Assembly (NCBI GenBank): GCA_016928395.1
Contig: JAFGKV010000143.1
Location: 1 to 63,148 of the forward strand
DNA from: Candidatus Fermentibacterota bacterium
GTDB lineage: Bacteria > JAFGKV01
Reading direction: 5' to 3'
DNA length: 63,148 bases
A program made the translations under genes and the position numbers. Below are positions 1 to 7,961 of the stretch, piece by piece (within the stretch, counting starts at the first letter, position 1; each line of letters opens with the position of its first letter). The notes beneath the pieces were generated by a model. The model searched no databases, was not told the origin of the DNA, and saw nothing but the letters and a program-made list of their open reading frames with translations.

Positions 1-43
1 CCGCGTCTCTCCAGAGTCCATTGACCGCCTCTACCTGCTCCAT
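1..43 (-). CDS. 5' end of an ORF running off the window (MEQVEAVNGLWRDA...), possibly a transposase
   Basis: GGAGGGGA immediately before ATG at 43 on the minus strand; open to the window edge. Confidence 0.35.
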   Translation of the reverse strand, partial: MEQVEAVNGLWRDA

Positions 44-65
44 TCCCCTCCAGAAACTTGACATT

Positions 66-521
66 TTACCTACGTCCCGGGGGCCCACCCATCAGGGACG
101 CCACCAAGGAATCCAGATGGTCAGCTAAGGCCTCAGGCCCGTCGGCTTCAAAGTGGAGACGGGCACGCCATCTGTTGAAGACCGATTGGCTCAGCGGATT
201 CTGGTCGGATTCGCGACCAGGCAGGACCACGTGGAGGTCGAGCCCGCAGGCAGCGGCCCCCGCGGCGGCGTTTCGACTGAAGCTCGTGGCCTTCATAGTG
301 GCCACCGTGGTTGCTCGCTTGGCAAGCGCATCTCCCAGGAGGAAGTCAACCTTCCGGGTCTTGTTTCCGCCCAGGCCGAATCCGGTCAGATCATCACGCA
401 GGACATAGAGTTCGCGACCAAAACGGGATGACAACCGTGGCAGCTTATGGATAATCGTCGGTATCTGAATGAGGTTGGCACGTGGATGAGCAGCAAGACA
501 ATCAGATATTGCATCGGTCAT
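66..521 (-). pseudogene. D-cysteine desulfhydrase / ACC deaminase family PLP enzyme, 3'-truncated (integron cassette)
   Basis: PT.I.KLPRLS and RDDLTGFGLGGNKTRK (PLP lysine) motifs; only 151 aa versus about 330 aa typical; homology stops near nt 85. Confidence 0.8.
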
Positions 522-538
522 TCTCGATATCCTACACT

Positions 539-598
539 ACCGAACGCTCAGCATCAGCGGCGGCGCGCAGCGCCGGGTGCTGCATGATGTTGTCAGAC
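539..598 (-). mobile_element. attC site (adenosine deaminase cassette)
   Basis: Minus strand GTCTGAC-aacat-CATGCAGC...ggcgc tgc gcgcc...GCTGATG-ctgagc-GTTCGGT gives the R''/L''/L'/R' geometry and overlaps the stop codon. Confidence 0.8.
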
Positions 599-1606
599 CG
601 ACTCGCACTCTCGGTCCCAGACTGGATCTCGTGTGAACTCCGACTCCAATGTGACCTTGCGCTCTTTAGGCAACCACGCGGAGCGAATTGCAGAGAGAAT
701 CAGACGACGGACCTCCGACCTCGTAAATCCACACTCCTCCTCAAGAAGTCGATACTCGTCAGCGAGACGTGTCTGGAACATCTTAGGGTCGTCCGTGTTC
801 ACACTCACCGGTATCCCGGCATCGAAGAACCTCCGGATTGGATGCTCCGAAAGGCACCTGACAACTCCTGTACGAACGTTCGAGATCGGGCACATCTCGA
901 CAGGGATGCGGTGAGCGACGAGGTATTCCACCAGTTCAGGGTCTTCCCAAGCTCGGGTCCCATGTCCAACTCGTTCCACCCCAAGTTCGCGAATTGCGTC
1001 CCAGATGCTCTGAGCGCTTGCCGCTTCGCCAGCGTGGGCGTTCACGTGAAACCCAGCGGCTCTCGCCTTCGCATAGAGTTTCTTGAATGGAGCCGGCGGA
1101 TACTCTTGCTCTGATCCACCGATTCCAATGCCGACAATACCAAGCCCTTTGACTTCCTTCAACTGCTCCAAGGTCACCATTTCCGATTCGGGCCCGTAGT
1201 CCCTGACTAGGTCCGCGACAAGAGCAACCTCAATCTCAGGCACTCGCCCCAAACCCGTGCGGACAGCGTGGGCTATGTCCTGCACGGCAAGCCCGTGGCG
1301 AACAAAGAGAGAGGGCGAGAAGAAGGCTTCCGCATATCGAACGCCCTGTTCGGCCAAATCGCGAGCCGTCAGTTCAGCGATGTGTGTGAAGTCCTCGTAC
1401 TCGCGCAAGAACTGGTTCTTCCAGGACCATGCTTCGATGAACTGCGGAAATCCCTTGTATTCGAAACGGTCCGCCAACGCGGAAACGTCGGGAACGGACG
1501 GGTCACCACCATACTTCTGGATAAGCGCAAACAAGGCCTCATGAGGTATCGCACCCTCCAGATGGACGTGCAACTCTACTTTGGGAACTCTTTCGTACCA
1601 CGTCAT
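593..1606 (-). CDS. add: adenosine deaminase (integron cassette)
   Basis: PKVELHVHLEG, HAGE, RVGHG, EMCPISN and SVNTDDP motifs. Confidence 0.93.
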   Translation of the reverse strand: MTWYERVPKVELHVHLEGAIPHEALFALIQKYGGDPSVPDVSALADRFEYKGFPQFIEAWSWKNQFLREYEDFTHIAELTARDLAEQGVRYAEAFFSPSLFVRHGLAVQDIAHAVRTGLGRVPEIEVALVADLVRDYGPESEMVTLEQLKEVKGLGIVGIGIGGSEQEYPPAPFKKLYAKARAAGFHVNAHAGEAASAQSIWDAIRELGVERVGHGTRAWEDPELVEYLVAHRIPVEMCPISNVRTGVVRCLSEHPIRRFFDAGIPVSVNTDDPKMFQTRLADEYRLLEEECGFTRSEVRRLILSAIRSAWLPKERKVTLESEFTRDPVWDRECESV

Positions 1607-1623
1607 CCGGCAATCTCCGGCTG

Positions 1624-1705
1624 GCCTAACGTCCTGCGATCAGCAGCGCCGGGACGAACCTCACGAACTAGGCACCAACCCAGCATCGGCGTCCGCTTCG
1701 CACCA
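1624..1705 (-). mobile_element. degenerate attC site (phosphoribosyltransferase cassette)
   Basis: Minus strand tgcgaagcggacgccg...cggcgctgctgatcgca-ggac-GTTAGGC; R' and the L stem are present but no R'' AAC is recognisable. Confidence 0.6.
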
Positions 1706-2251
1706 ACCCGATGGTAGCTTCTTGCCTTGGTCTACGGCGGCTTTGATATACTCAGGATGCGCTACCCATTTGTTTCGAAACAACACCCGTTGGTCCCAGG
1801 GCCACAGCACAAGGCTATCGGTCACCAGGGGGCACACATCGGGCTGGGGAGTTGCCCAAGAGTGGCACGCCAAAGTCGCAGTTACTACCCGCTCGGCACC
1901 TGCCTGGCGAACCGCTTCGGCCACGAGCGCGAGGCTCTCTCCTGTGTCAGCTATCTCGTCGACAACTGCGACAACTCCGCCAGCTACCTCTGGTGAAACG
2001 GCCACCTTCCAGACGGGTTTGGCATAAGCCACCACATCGTTCACTCGCCGGGTCACCCGGACAGGGTACAACTCGGTTCGAAGGCTTAGAGCGATCTGAG
2101 TTGCGGGAAATAGACCCGGGCGGGCTATGCCAACCACGGCCCCGACGTTCAGCCTACCTAACTCCTCCACCATTTCCCTGCACAATTCGCTAAAACGCTC
2201 CCAGGAAATCGGGGCAAAGCCGTCGCGGTTCACATAGTCGTAGCTCTTCAC
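1661..2251 (-). CDS. type I phosphoribosyltransferase (integron cassette)
   Basis: VVGIARPGLFPA and the PRPP-binding VAVVDEIADTGESL motif; GTG 2251 follows an SD-like GGGAG (alternative start 2275). Confidence 0.85.
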   Translation of the reverse strand: MKSYDYVNRDGFAPISWERFSELCREMVEELGRLNVGAVVGIARPGLFPATQIALSLRTELYPVRVTRRVNDVVAYAKPVWKVAVSPEVAGGVVAVVDEIADTGESLALVAEAVRQAGAERVVTATLACHSWATPQPDVCPLVTDSLVLWPWDQRVLFRNKWVAHPEYIKAAVDQGKKLPSGWCEADADAGLVPSS

Positions 2252-2307
2252 GGTAGAGCTCCCTTCCCTGGCCACTATATTTCGTCAGCCCACTCCGTGG
2301 CATAGAG

Positions 2308-2388
2308 CACTAACGTTTCAGCCAACCGGCGGGCAAAAGCAGAGCGAAGCGCCGCTTTTGCCCGTCCGTGTTGAGCGATTTGCTAGGT
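2308..2388 (-). mobile_element. attC site (cation transporter cassette)
   Basis: Minus strand ACCTAGC...cggacgggcaaaagc...gcttttgcccgccg-gttggct-gaaac-GTTAGTG; long central stem. Confidence 0.85.
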
Positions 2389-2997
2389 TGCTGCACTAAG
2401 TTCTGCCTTGGCTGAAGCGATAACGCGAATTGCAGAGCGCATTAGAAGCCACACGAGCCCCAGTGCAACGATAATATCTGGCCAACCGGAACCGGTGAAC
2501 CAGACAGCACCAGCCGCCACAAAAACAGAAAGATTTGACGCTATGTCGTTTCGCGAGCATTCCCACACCGAACTCATGTTTACATCTTCGTGGCGGTGGC
2601 GCCAAAGCAGGTAAAGACAGAATGAGTTTGCGACAAGACCGAGAAGACTGAACGCACCCATAACCTCAAAGATAGGGACGCTTGGAACGAAAAACCTGTA
2701 AGCAAGTTGGGCAATAACGGCACAGGCCGCCAAGAAAATTAAGCCGCCCTTGAAAAGCGCGACCTTGGCCTTTACGGTAGCGCCCCTCGAAACAGCGTAC
2801 AGGCTAAGGCCGTAAGTCAAAGCGTCCCCCAGATTATCAAGACTGTCGGCCAACAGTGCTGTTGATCTTCCGTAAAGCGCGGCCACAGCGATAACTAGAA
2901 ACATCACGGCATTTATGCCGAGCACAACCAGCAGTGTTCCCCGTTGCCTCTCGCGAAGGGCATCTATGGCGCAATTGTCATCACAGCAATTACTCAT
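2383..2997 (-). CDS. cation diffusion facilitator family transporter, TM domain only (integron cassette)
   Basis: STALLADSLDNLGDA, NMSSVWECSRND and GWPD motifs; visibly more AT-rich than the flanks. Confidence 0.88.
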   Translation of the reverse strand: MSNCCDDNCAIDALRERQRGTLLVVLGINAVMFLVIAVAALYGRSTALLADSLDNLGDALTYGLSLYAVSRGATVKAKVALFKGGLIFLAACAVIAQLAYRFFVPSVPIFEVMGAFSLLGLVANSFCLYLLWRHRHEDVNMSSVWECSRNDIASNLSVFVAAGAVWFTGSGWPDIIVALGLVWLLMRSAIRVIASAKAELSAAT

Positions 2998-3016
2998 TCT
3001 GTAACCCCATTTGGCA

Positions 3017-3062
3017 ACCTAACTGCGTGATATGCAGATCCGTATGACACCCACTACCAGCC
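3017..3062 (-). mobile_element. putative attI site at the 3' end of intI
   Basis: Minus-strand GTTAGGT (GTTRRRY) at 3017-3023, 40 bp after the intI stop; GTTAGGTTGC pairs with the cassette end GCAACCTAGC; no attC stem upstream. Confidence 0.65.
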
Positions 3063-3215
3063 TCACAGCTGGTCCATCGGGCTCCGCACGCCGCGTCCCC
3101 CGCGATTCAGCACGGGCGTGCAGACCATGGTCGTGCGCACGTCCTTGTGACCAAGGAGCTCCTGCACCGTTCGATGACCTATCCAGACTCCAGAAAGTGC
3201 GTGGCGCGAATGAGA
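3063..3215 (-). pseudogene. intI: integron integrase C-terminal remnant
   Basis: [44 protein letters not shown] matches the IntI C-terminus; it has a stop, a frameshift and catalytic Tyr->Cys, and the N-terminal part is absent. Confidence 0.9.
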
Positions 3216-3501
3216 AGACGGGGGTGCTGACTGGAGAAGCGCTGCGAATGGGCGGGAGCGGTGCCAGGCGCAGCGGGGGCGCGGGGAGAACCCGGTAGGG
3301 AGCGGGCATTCTGAAGATATCCGATGGGCTGCATCACGACCCCACAGCGAAGGCATCGATCGGGATTGGATGAACCGAAGGAAGAGCCTCAGATCCTGCC
3401 TGTCAAGGCGCCGAGTTCGCGACCCTTGCCGCCAGTGCAGGCCGCGACGGATGCCGGCGTGCGCCGTCAGGCCACAATGCCCCATGTGGGCGGTGCACGC
3501 G

Positions 3502-3534
3502 GGCGCGCGTTGGCGCGCGTTGGCGCGCGTTGGC
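3502..3534. repeat. 10-bp tandem repeat (GGCGCGCGTT)x3
   Basis: Read directly from the sequence. Confidence 0.9.
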
Positions 3535-3660
3535 AGGTTGTCAAGGTACCCTGCCTACCCGGCGGCGCGGCGGCTTGACATTACGCCAGCCTTTGTGTAC
3601 CTGCATCGAGTATGCGAGACGGTTGTCTCGCAGTCAGGGCATCCCACAAGGAGGTCACGC

Positions 3661-4221
3661 GTGATCAAGATCGGCGCCATCGCTCTCCTTCTCATGTGCG
3701 CACACCTCGCAGCCGAGGAGCCGGCTGAGCCCGCGCCCCCACCCGCGGAACCGGCCGCCCCGGCCGAAGTCTCGGCCAAGCAGGTCGACTCGCTCTGCGT
3801 GGTCGTGCTCCCCATGAAAGGCTCCTACGCTCAGCACGAGTCGGCCATTCCCCAATTAATGACGTATCTCACCGAGACCCTTATGGTTGCCCCCCTGGGG
3901 CCGCCCTTCGGCCGCTATTTCAACAACCCCATGGAGGCGGCTGAAGCCGACCTCGAATGGGAGATCGGCATGGAGGTGGCCCCCGGGACAGTGGCGGAAG
4001 CTCCCTTTGAAGCCAAGACCCTTCCCGGCGGCGAAGTAGCGTTCATCGTGGTAAGGGGGCCCTATGAGACCGCGGGGAATGCGTGGCCCGGTGTGTACAT
4101 GTGGGCAATGACCCGCGGCTACACGCCCACAGGCCCGCCCATGGAACTGTGGCTGGGCGGCGAAGGCCCGGAGACCGAGCTTCGCCTCCCCATAGCCAAG
4201 CCCGCACCTGCAACGCCGTAG
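3661..4221 (+). CDS. exported GyrI-like small-molecule-binding protein
   Basis: GGAGG SD before GTG 3661, signal peptide, Pro/Ala linker, GPPFGRYFNNP and RGPYET motifs. Confidence 0.75.
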   Translation: MIKIGAIALLLMCAHLAAEEPAEPAPPPAEPAAPAEVSAKQVDSLCVVVLPMKGSYAQHESAIPQLMTYLTETLMVAPLGPPFGRYFNNPMEAAEADLEWEIGMEVAPGTVAEAPFEAKTLPGGEVAFIVVRGPYETAGNAWPGVYMWAMTRGYTPTGPPMELWLGGEGPETELRLPIAKPAPATP

Positions 4222-4229
4222 TTTGAACC

Positions 4230-4252
4230 GAGGCCGGGCATCGCCCGGCCTC
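4230..4252. terminator. hairpin between convergent genes
   Basis: GAGGCCGGGC-ATC-GCCCGGCCTC perfect 10-bp stem; no clear U-tract. Confidence 0.55.
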
Positions 4253-4273
4253 ACCTCCCTCATCCCGGCTGAG

Positions 4274-4831
4274 TCAACCGAGGTGCTCCGCCAGGATCCG
4301 TACGCCTATGCCGACGAGAAGCAGTCCGCCGAGGATCTCCATCCGCGCTCCCAGCGGCTTTCCGAGTTTTCCCCCTGCCATCACCCCCAGAAACGACAAT
4401 GAAAATGTGACTGCCCCGATGATGAGCACCGGGGTCACGATGGAGCCGTTGAGCATGGCAAAGCTCAATCCCACGGCCAACGCGTCAATACTGGTCGCCA
4501 GGGCCAGTACCAGCAGGACGCGCGCATCCAGCGGATTGAGGTTCTCTCGTTCGTGTTCGGGCCTCATCGCCTCGTAGATCATCTTGCCGCCCACCAAAGC
4601 CAGTAGAACGAAGGCGACCCAGTGATCCACGCTCTCGATGAGGGGCCTGAAGGCACTGCCCACCGACCACCCGACAAGCGGCATCACCGCCTGGAACGCG
4701 CCGAAGGTCCCCCCAATAATCGCCGCATGGCGGCAATTCGGGCACCCCAGGGCAAGGCCGCTGGAAATCGACACCGCAAAGGCATCCATGGCAAGGCCCA
4801 CGGCGACGAGGAGAACGGTGAGAGTGTCCAG
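4274..4831 (-). CDS. mntP: manganese efflux pump MntP
   Basis: GLAMDAFAVS, FQAVMP, DHWVAF and LATSIDALAVG motifs; likely CTG start at 4831 (ORF caller gives 4852). Confidence 0.92.
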   Translation of the reverse strand: MDTLTVLLVAVGLAMDAFAVSISSGLALGCPNCRHAAIIGGTFGAFQAVMPLVGWSVGSAFRPLIESVDHWVAFVLLALVGGKMIYEAMRPEHERENLNPLDARVLLVLALATSIDALAVGLSFAMLNGSIVTPVLIIGAVTFSLSFLGVMAGGKLGKPLGARMEILGGLLLVGIGVRILAEHLG

Positions 4832-4945
4832 GCGGTTACCTCCGGTGCTCACCCGGCGAGGAGTTCACCGCGTGCGCTCTCAATCCGCAGTTTTCGGTTC
4901 TGGATTCCCGATTCGCCCCTCCGCACTGCGCACTTCAGGCACTTC

Positions 4946-5983
4946 CTACTCCCCGCCCCCTACCGCCGACAGGTAGCGGGACAGAGCTTCCAGGCACACA
5001 GCCGTAGTCAGCTCCTCCGATCCCCACCATACGCCGTCCCTGCGGGCTACGTAGAACGCGCTGATGGGCCATGAACCGTCGGGCCGCTGCCTTCGAAGCA
5101 GATAGGTCGCAGCCCCAGCCATGGCCGAGTCGGGGTCGACGCCGAAGTTGAGCCGGGCGCAGATGCCAAATCCGGTGGCCAGTTCATCGCCCATGGCGCC
5201 ATCATGGCCTTGCATATCGCCGAGCCGAGACAGCACCGCATCCCTTGATGCCCCCAGGCAATTCGCCCCATGAAGGAACGCCCTGGAGAGCATGTAGTAG
5301 AATGCAGTATCGTGGACGTAGTACACGGTGGAAGATGCCTCTGTGCCCCGGGCGATCACGTTATTGACCCAGGCGCAGGCGGCCTGCGTACGGGCGTTCG
5401 ACCCCAGATAGAGGAGCACATTGGCGTTCACGACGCAGTCCACGTCGTTGGGCGTGGATGATCCGGCCTTCCTGAGCCAGGTCTTGAAACGGCCGCGGCT
5501 GTCGGTGTTCCCATAGAAGACCTCGTGGTTGGCCGGTACCGTCTTCCGGTGCCTGCGGAGCAGGAAAGAAATGCACGCGGTGTCATCAAGGTCGGGATCT
5601 ATCGCTTTGTCATTCAGCGAGGACCAGTAGCGCCAGGTTCCCTCACGATCCATCTCCTCGGCTAGAAAGCAAAGAGCCCTCGCCGTCATCTCCTCGACCC
5701 GGGGATCGGCAATGTAGCTCAGCGAGTACGCGACAAAGCTGGTCACGAACGGCGAGCTGTCGAAGTGCCGAATCCGGGCGAGGGTGCTGTCTGGGGAGGC
5801 GTAGGTGCGGAACTCGCCATGCTTCATCTGATTCGTTTCGAGAAACCCGACGCCTCGGCCGATAGCGGATCGGAGCCTGGCGGGATCGACGGGTGAAACT
5901 GCCGCCGTCGCCGGCTCACCCCCGCAAGGGCCCTGGCTACTGGCGCACAGAATCAAGAAGGCCAACAGGAGTGGGGAGCGCAT
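4946..5983 (-). CDS. prenyltransferase/squalene-cyclase repeat protein with signal peptide
   Basis: DPDLDDTA (DxDD) motif, QW repeat RRQRPDGSW, hydrophobic N-terminus. Confidence 0.7.
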   Translation of the reverse strand: MRSPLLLAFLILCASSQGPCGGEPATAAVSPVDPARLRSAIGRGVGFLETNQMKHGEFRTYASPDSTLARIRHFDSSPFVTSFVAYSLSYIADPRVEEMTARALCFLAEEMDREGTWRYWSSLNDKAIDPDLDDTACISFLLRRHRKTVPANHEVFYGNTDSRGRFKTWLRKAGSSTPNDVDCVVNANVLLYLGSNARTQAACAWVNNVIARGTEASSTVYYVHDTAFYYMLSRAFLHGANCLGASRDAVLSRLGDMQGHDGAMGDELATGFGICARLNFGVDPDSAMAGAATYLLRRQRPDGSWPISAFYVARRDGVWWGSEELTTAVCLEALSRYLSAVGGGE

Positions 5984-6256
5984 AGACCCACCAAGGTGAA
6001 AGGAGCAAGATCTGTGAGCCTACCAATGTCTCTGTGTGCTACGTACCACGCAAGGGTAGGCACTTCTAGGCGGCCTGGCCGGGCACGAGGAGCAGCCGGG
6101 GTACGAACCCACACCAACGGACATCTCGCAGCAGATGCCCAACTCTAAGCCCCTGAGCTATCTTGCTGTGCCGTTGTGTGCTCAGCAACAGAGCTCTTCC
6201 GGAGCGCATCATGGGGCGACTGATCGTGGCTCTCTGGCGCGTCTTGTCAGTCGGCA

Positions 6257-6416
6257 CGCTGGCACCCCTCCGACCCCGACCGATGTCGCCCTGTGGCACA
6301 GCCCGCTCATCGCCGATCTCCCCATCACCGACCGCGGAGGCGATGCCGATGACGTCGGCGATGCCTTCGCCCAGGGGGGTGCCGCGTCGTTCTGGACGCC
6401 GTCGCCCAGCCGGTCG
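6257..6416 (+). pseudogene. diverged fragment duplicating the 5' part of the 7962-11225 gene
   Basis: PPTPTDVALWHSPLIADLPITDRGG..GDAFAQG versus PPTPTDLVLWPSPLIADLPITGRGG..GDAFAQG (about 8006-8166); frameshifted. Confidence 0.8.
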
Positions 6417-6428
6417 CTACGTGACAGG

Positions 6429-7181
6429 CTACATCGCGATCGCGAATCGCCACTGGGTGAGCGGGGATGTATGGTAGGTGGCCCTTTTCATCCTGTTGTC
6501 GAACTCGTAGGTCACCTCACCAGAGGTGTCCGAAAGCATCCTCTCCACCGCGGCCTTGAGCGACTCACTACCCAAATCGCGGGGATCCAAGAAATGACGA
6601 TCCGTGTGGCGATGAAGAGCTGTTAGGGCGTTTGGAGCCAGGGCAAAGAAACTTGCATCCGGCCCAAGGGCGAGCATTGTGTTGATCTCCTCGGAGAGCT
6701 TGTCCAGGAACAACGAGGCGCCGACCGCCCCGACAACAACATCACCATTCTTCACGGGGGCCGCTATGATGGCGGACCGCTGGGCGGTGCTCTTGCTCAC
6801 GACGACTTCCCCCGTGACCACCTTGCTCGCCATGAGGTCCGGGAAATAGCTTCGATCGCTCAGCGTGACATCCATGAGGCCCTTGTCGACGGTGTAGTAC
6901 GTCCCATCGGGATGGACATACCAGACAATGAGTCCTTCCTCCGTCTCTTGGTACCCCGCGAGCAGATCCTTCATCTTCTCCCAGTCGCCTGATTTGGCCT
7001 CACTCGTCGAGGCAAGAATCCTCACGCTCCGCTGGACCGAACTGATTCGCAGATCCGTATACGACACAAACGCCGACAGCAAGCGCTGGGCATCCAACGC
7101 CGGAGACGGCGTGCCGCAACCGAAGCCCGCGACAAGCACCAAGAAGAAAACCATACACAGAACAAGGCGCCTCTTGACCAT
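6429..7181 (-). CDS. stand-alone Cache sensor-domain lipoprotein
   Basis: GGAGGTGA SD, lipobox-like GFGC, LSDRSYF and VVSKSTAQRSAIIAAPV motifs. Confidence 0.8.
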   Translation of the reverse strand: MVKRRLVLCMVFFLVLVAGFGCGTPSPALDAQRLLSAFVSYTDLRISSVQRSVRILASTSEAKSGDWEKMKDLLAGYQETEEGLIVWYVHPDGTYYTVDKGLMDVTLSDRSYFPDLMASKVVTGEVVVSKSTAQRSAIIAAPVKNGDVVVGAVGASLFLDKLSEEINTMLALGPDASFFALAPNALTALHRHTDRHFLDPRDLGSESLKAAVERMLSDTSGEVTYEFDNRMKRATYHTSPLTQWRFAIAM

Positions 7182-7673
7182 ATTCTCACCTCCTCGGCTC
7201 TTCTTCCGCTCGCTCTCTCCCCTACCTGGGCTGAGAGACTGACTAGATCGTGATGGTTCCCGCGACAACCTCGGTCCTCATGGTGACCGGCTCAGCCTTG
7301 GTCGCCGCCGAGATCGTTCCGTCGAACTCACGGAACGGAGCAACCCCGGTACTAGCATGTGCCGGAATACCAATGTGGGGCGCAAGACTGATGTGCCCAG
7401 CAGCCCTCCGTTGACGCCGTGTGGTATCGCCGATTTAGACCTTGCAGCGCAAGGTCACAATCACCGGGTAATAAGATGCCGCCCTGGTGCAACCGTCAAC
7501 TCCCACTCAAGACGCCCACCGAAACCGGTTAAGCCCGGCTCAGCAAGCGAGCCATGGGTGCAGATATCCGGTGGGATATCGACCCGACTCGTGGGGGCGA
7601 AGCACAGCGTAGCCCCATCGGGCAACAGAACTGGTCGGGATGCAACGGCGATCGAATGCGATCCCATTTGTGA

Positions 7674-7808
7674 GTCCGAGTACTAGGCGTCGTCGACTGC
7701 ATCAGCTTCATCACCATGAGAGGGCTGGGAATCCGCCACGCTCTCACCTTCGATCGGCACTTCTATGAACAGGGGTTTGGGCGAATCGGGGGAGGATCGC
7801 CCGGCTGA
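7674..7808 (+). pseudogene. vapC: VapC/PIN toxin C-terminal remnant (absent from the ORF track)
   Basis: Frame reads VRVLGVVDCISFITMRGLGIRHALTFDRHFYEQGF, a typical VapC C-terminus; in-frame TGA immediately upstream. Confidence 0.8.
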
Positions 7809-7961
7809 CTGTCCTGCACCCGAGTGCCACGCCGAGGGGGTACTGTGCCTGCGCGGAACAACGGCCTGTTCCGCGGGTCTGGCCACGTGCGGTCATCCGC
7901 GCTATCATGCGTGGTCACGACCCCATACACGCCCCTGATACCATCTCCCGGGAAGGGTGAG

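Noticed and set aside
3063-3485. 140-aa ORF as a functional integrase
   Set aside because: Only the last ~50 codons are IntI-like, and the catalytic Tyr is lost
3575-3603. sigma70 promoter for the GyrI-like gene
   Set aside because: Perfect TTGACA but a poor -10 (TACCTG); not enough support
4855-4945. yybP-ykoY manganese riboswitch upstream of mntP
   Set aside because: Short region filled with heptamer-like repeats; the conserved riboswitch motifs were not recognised
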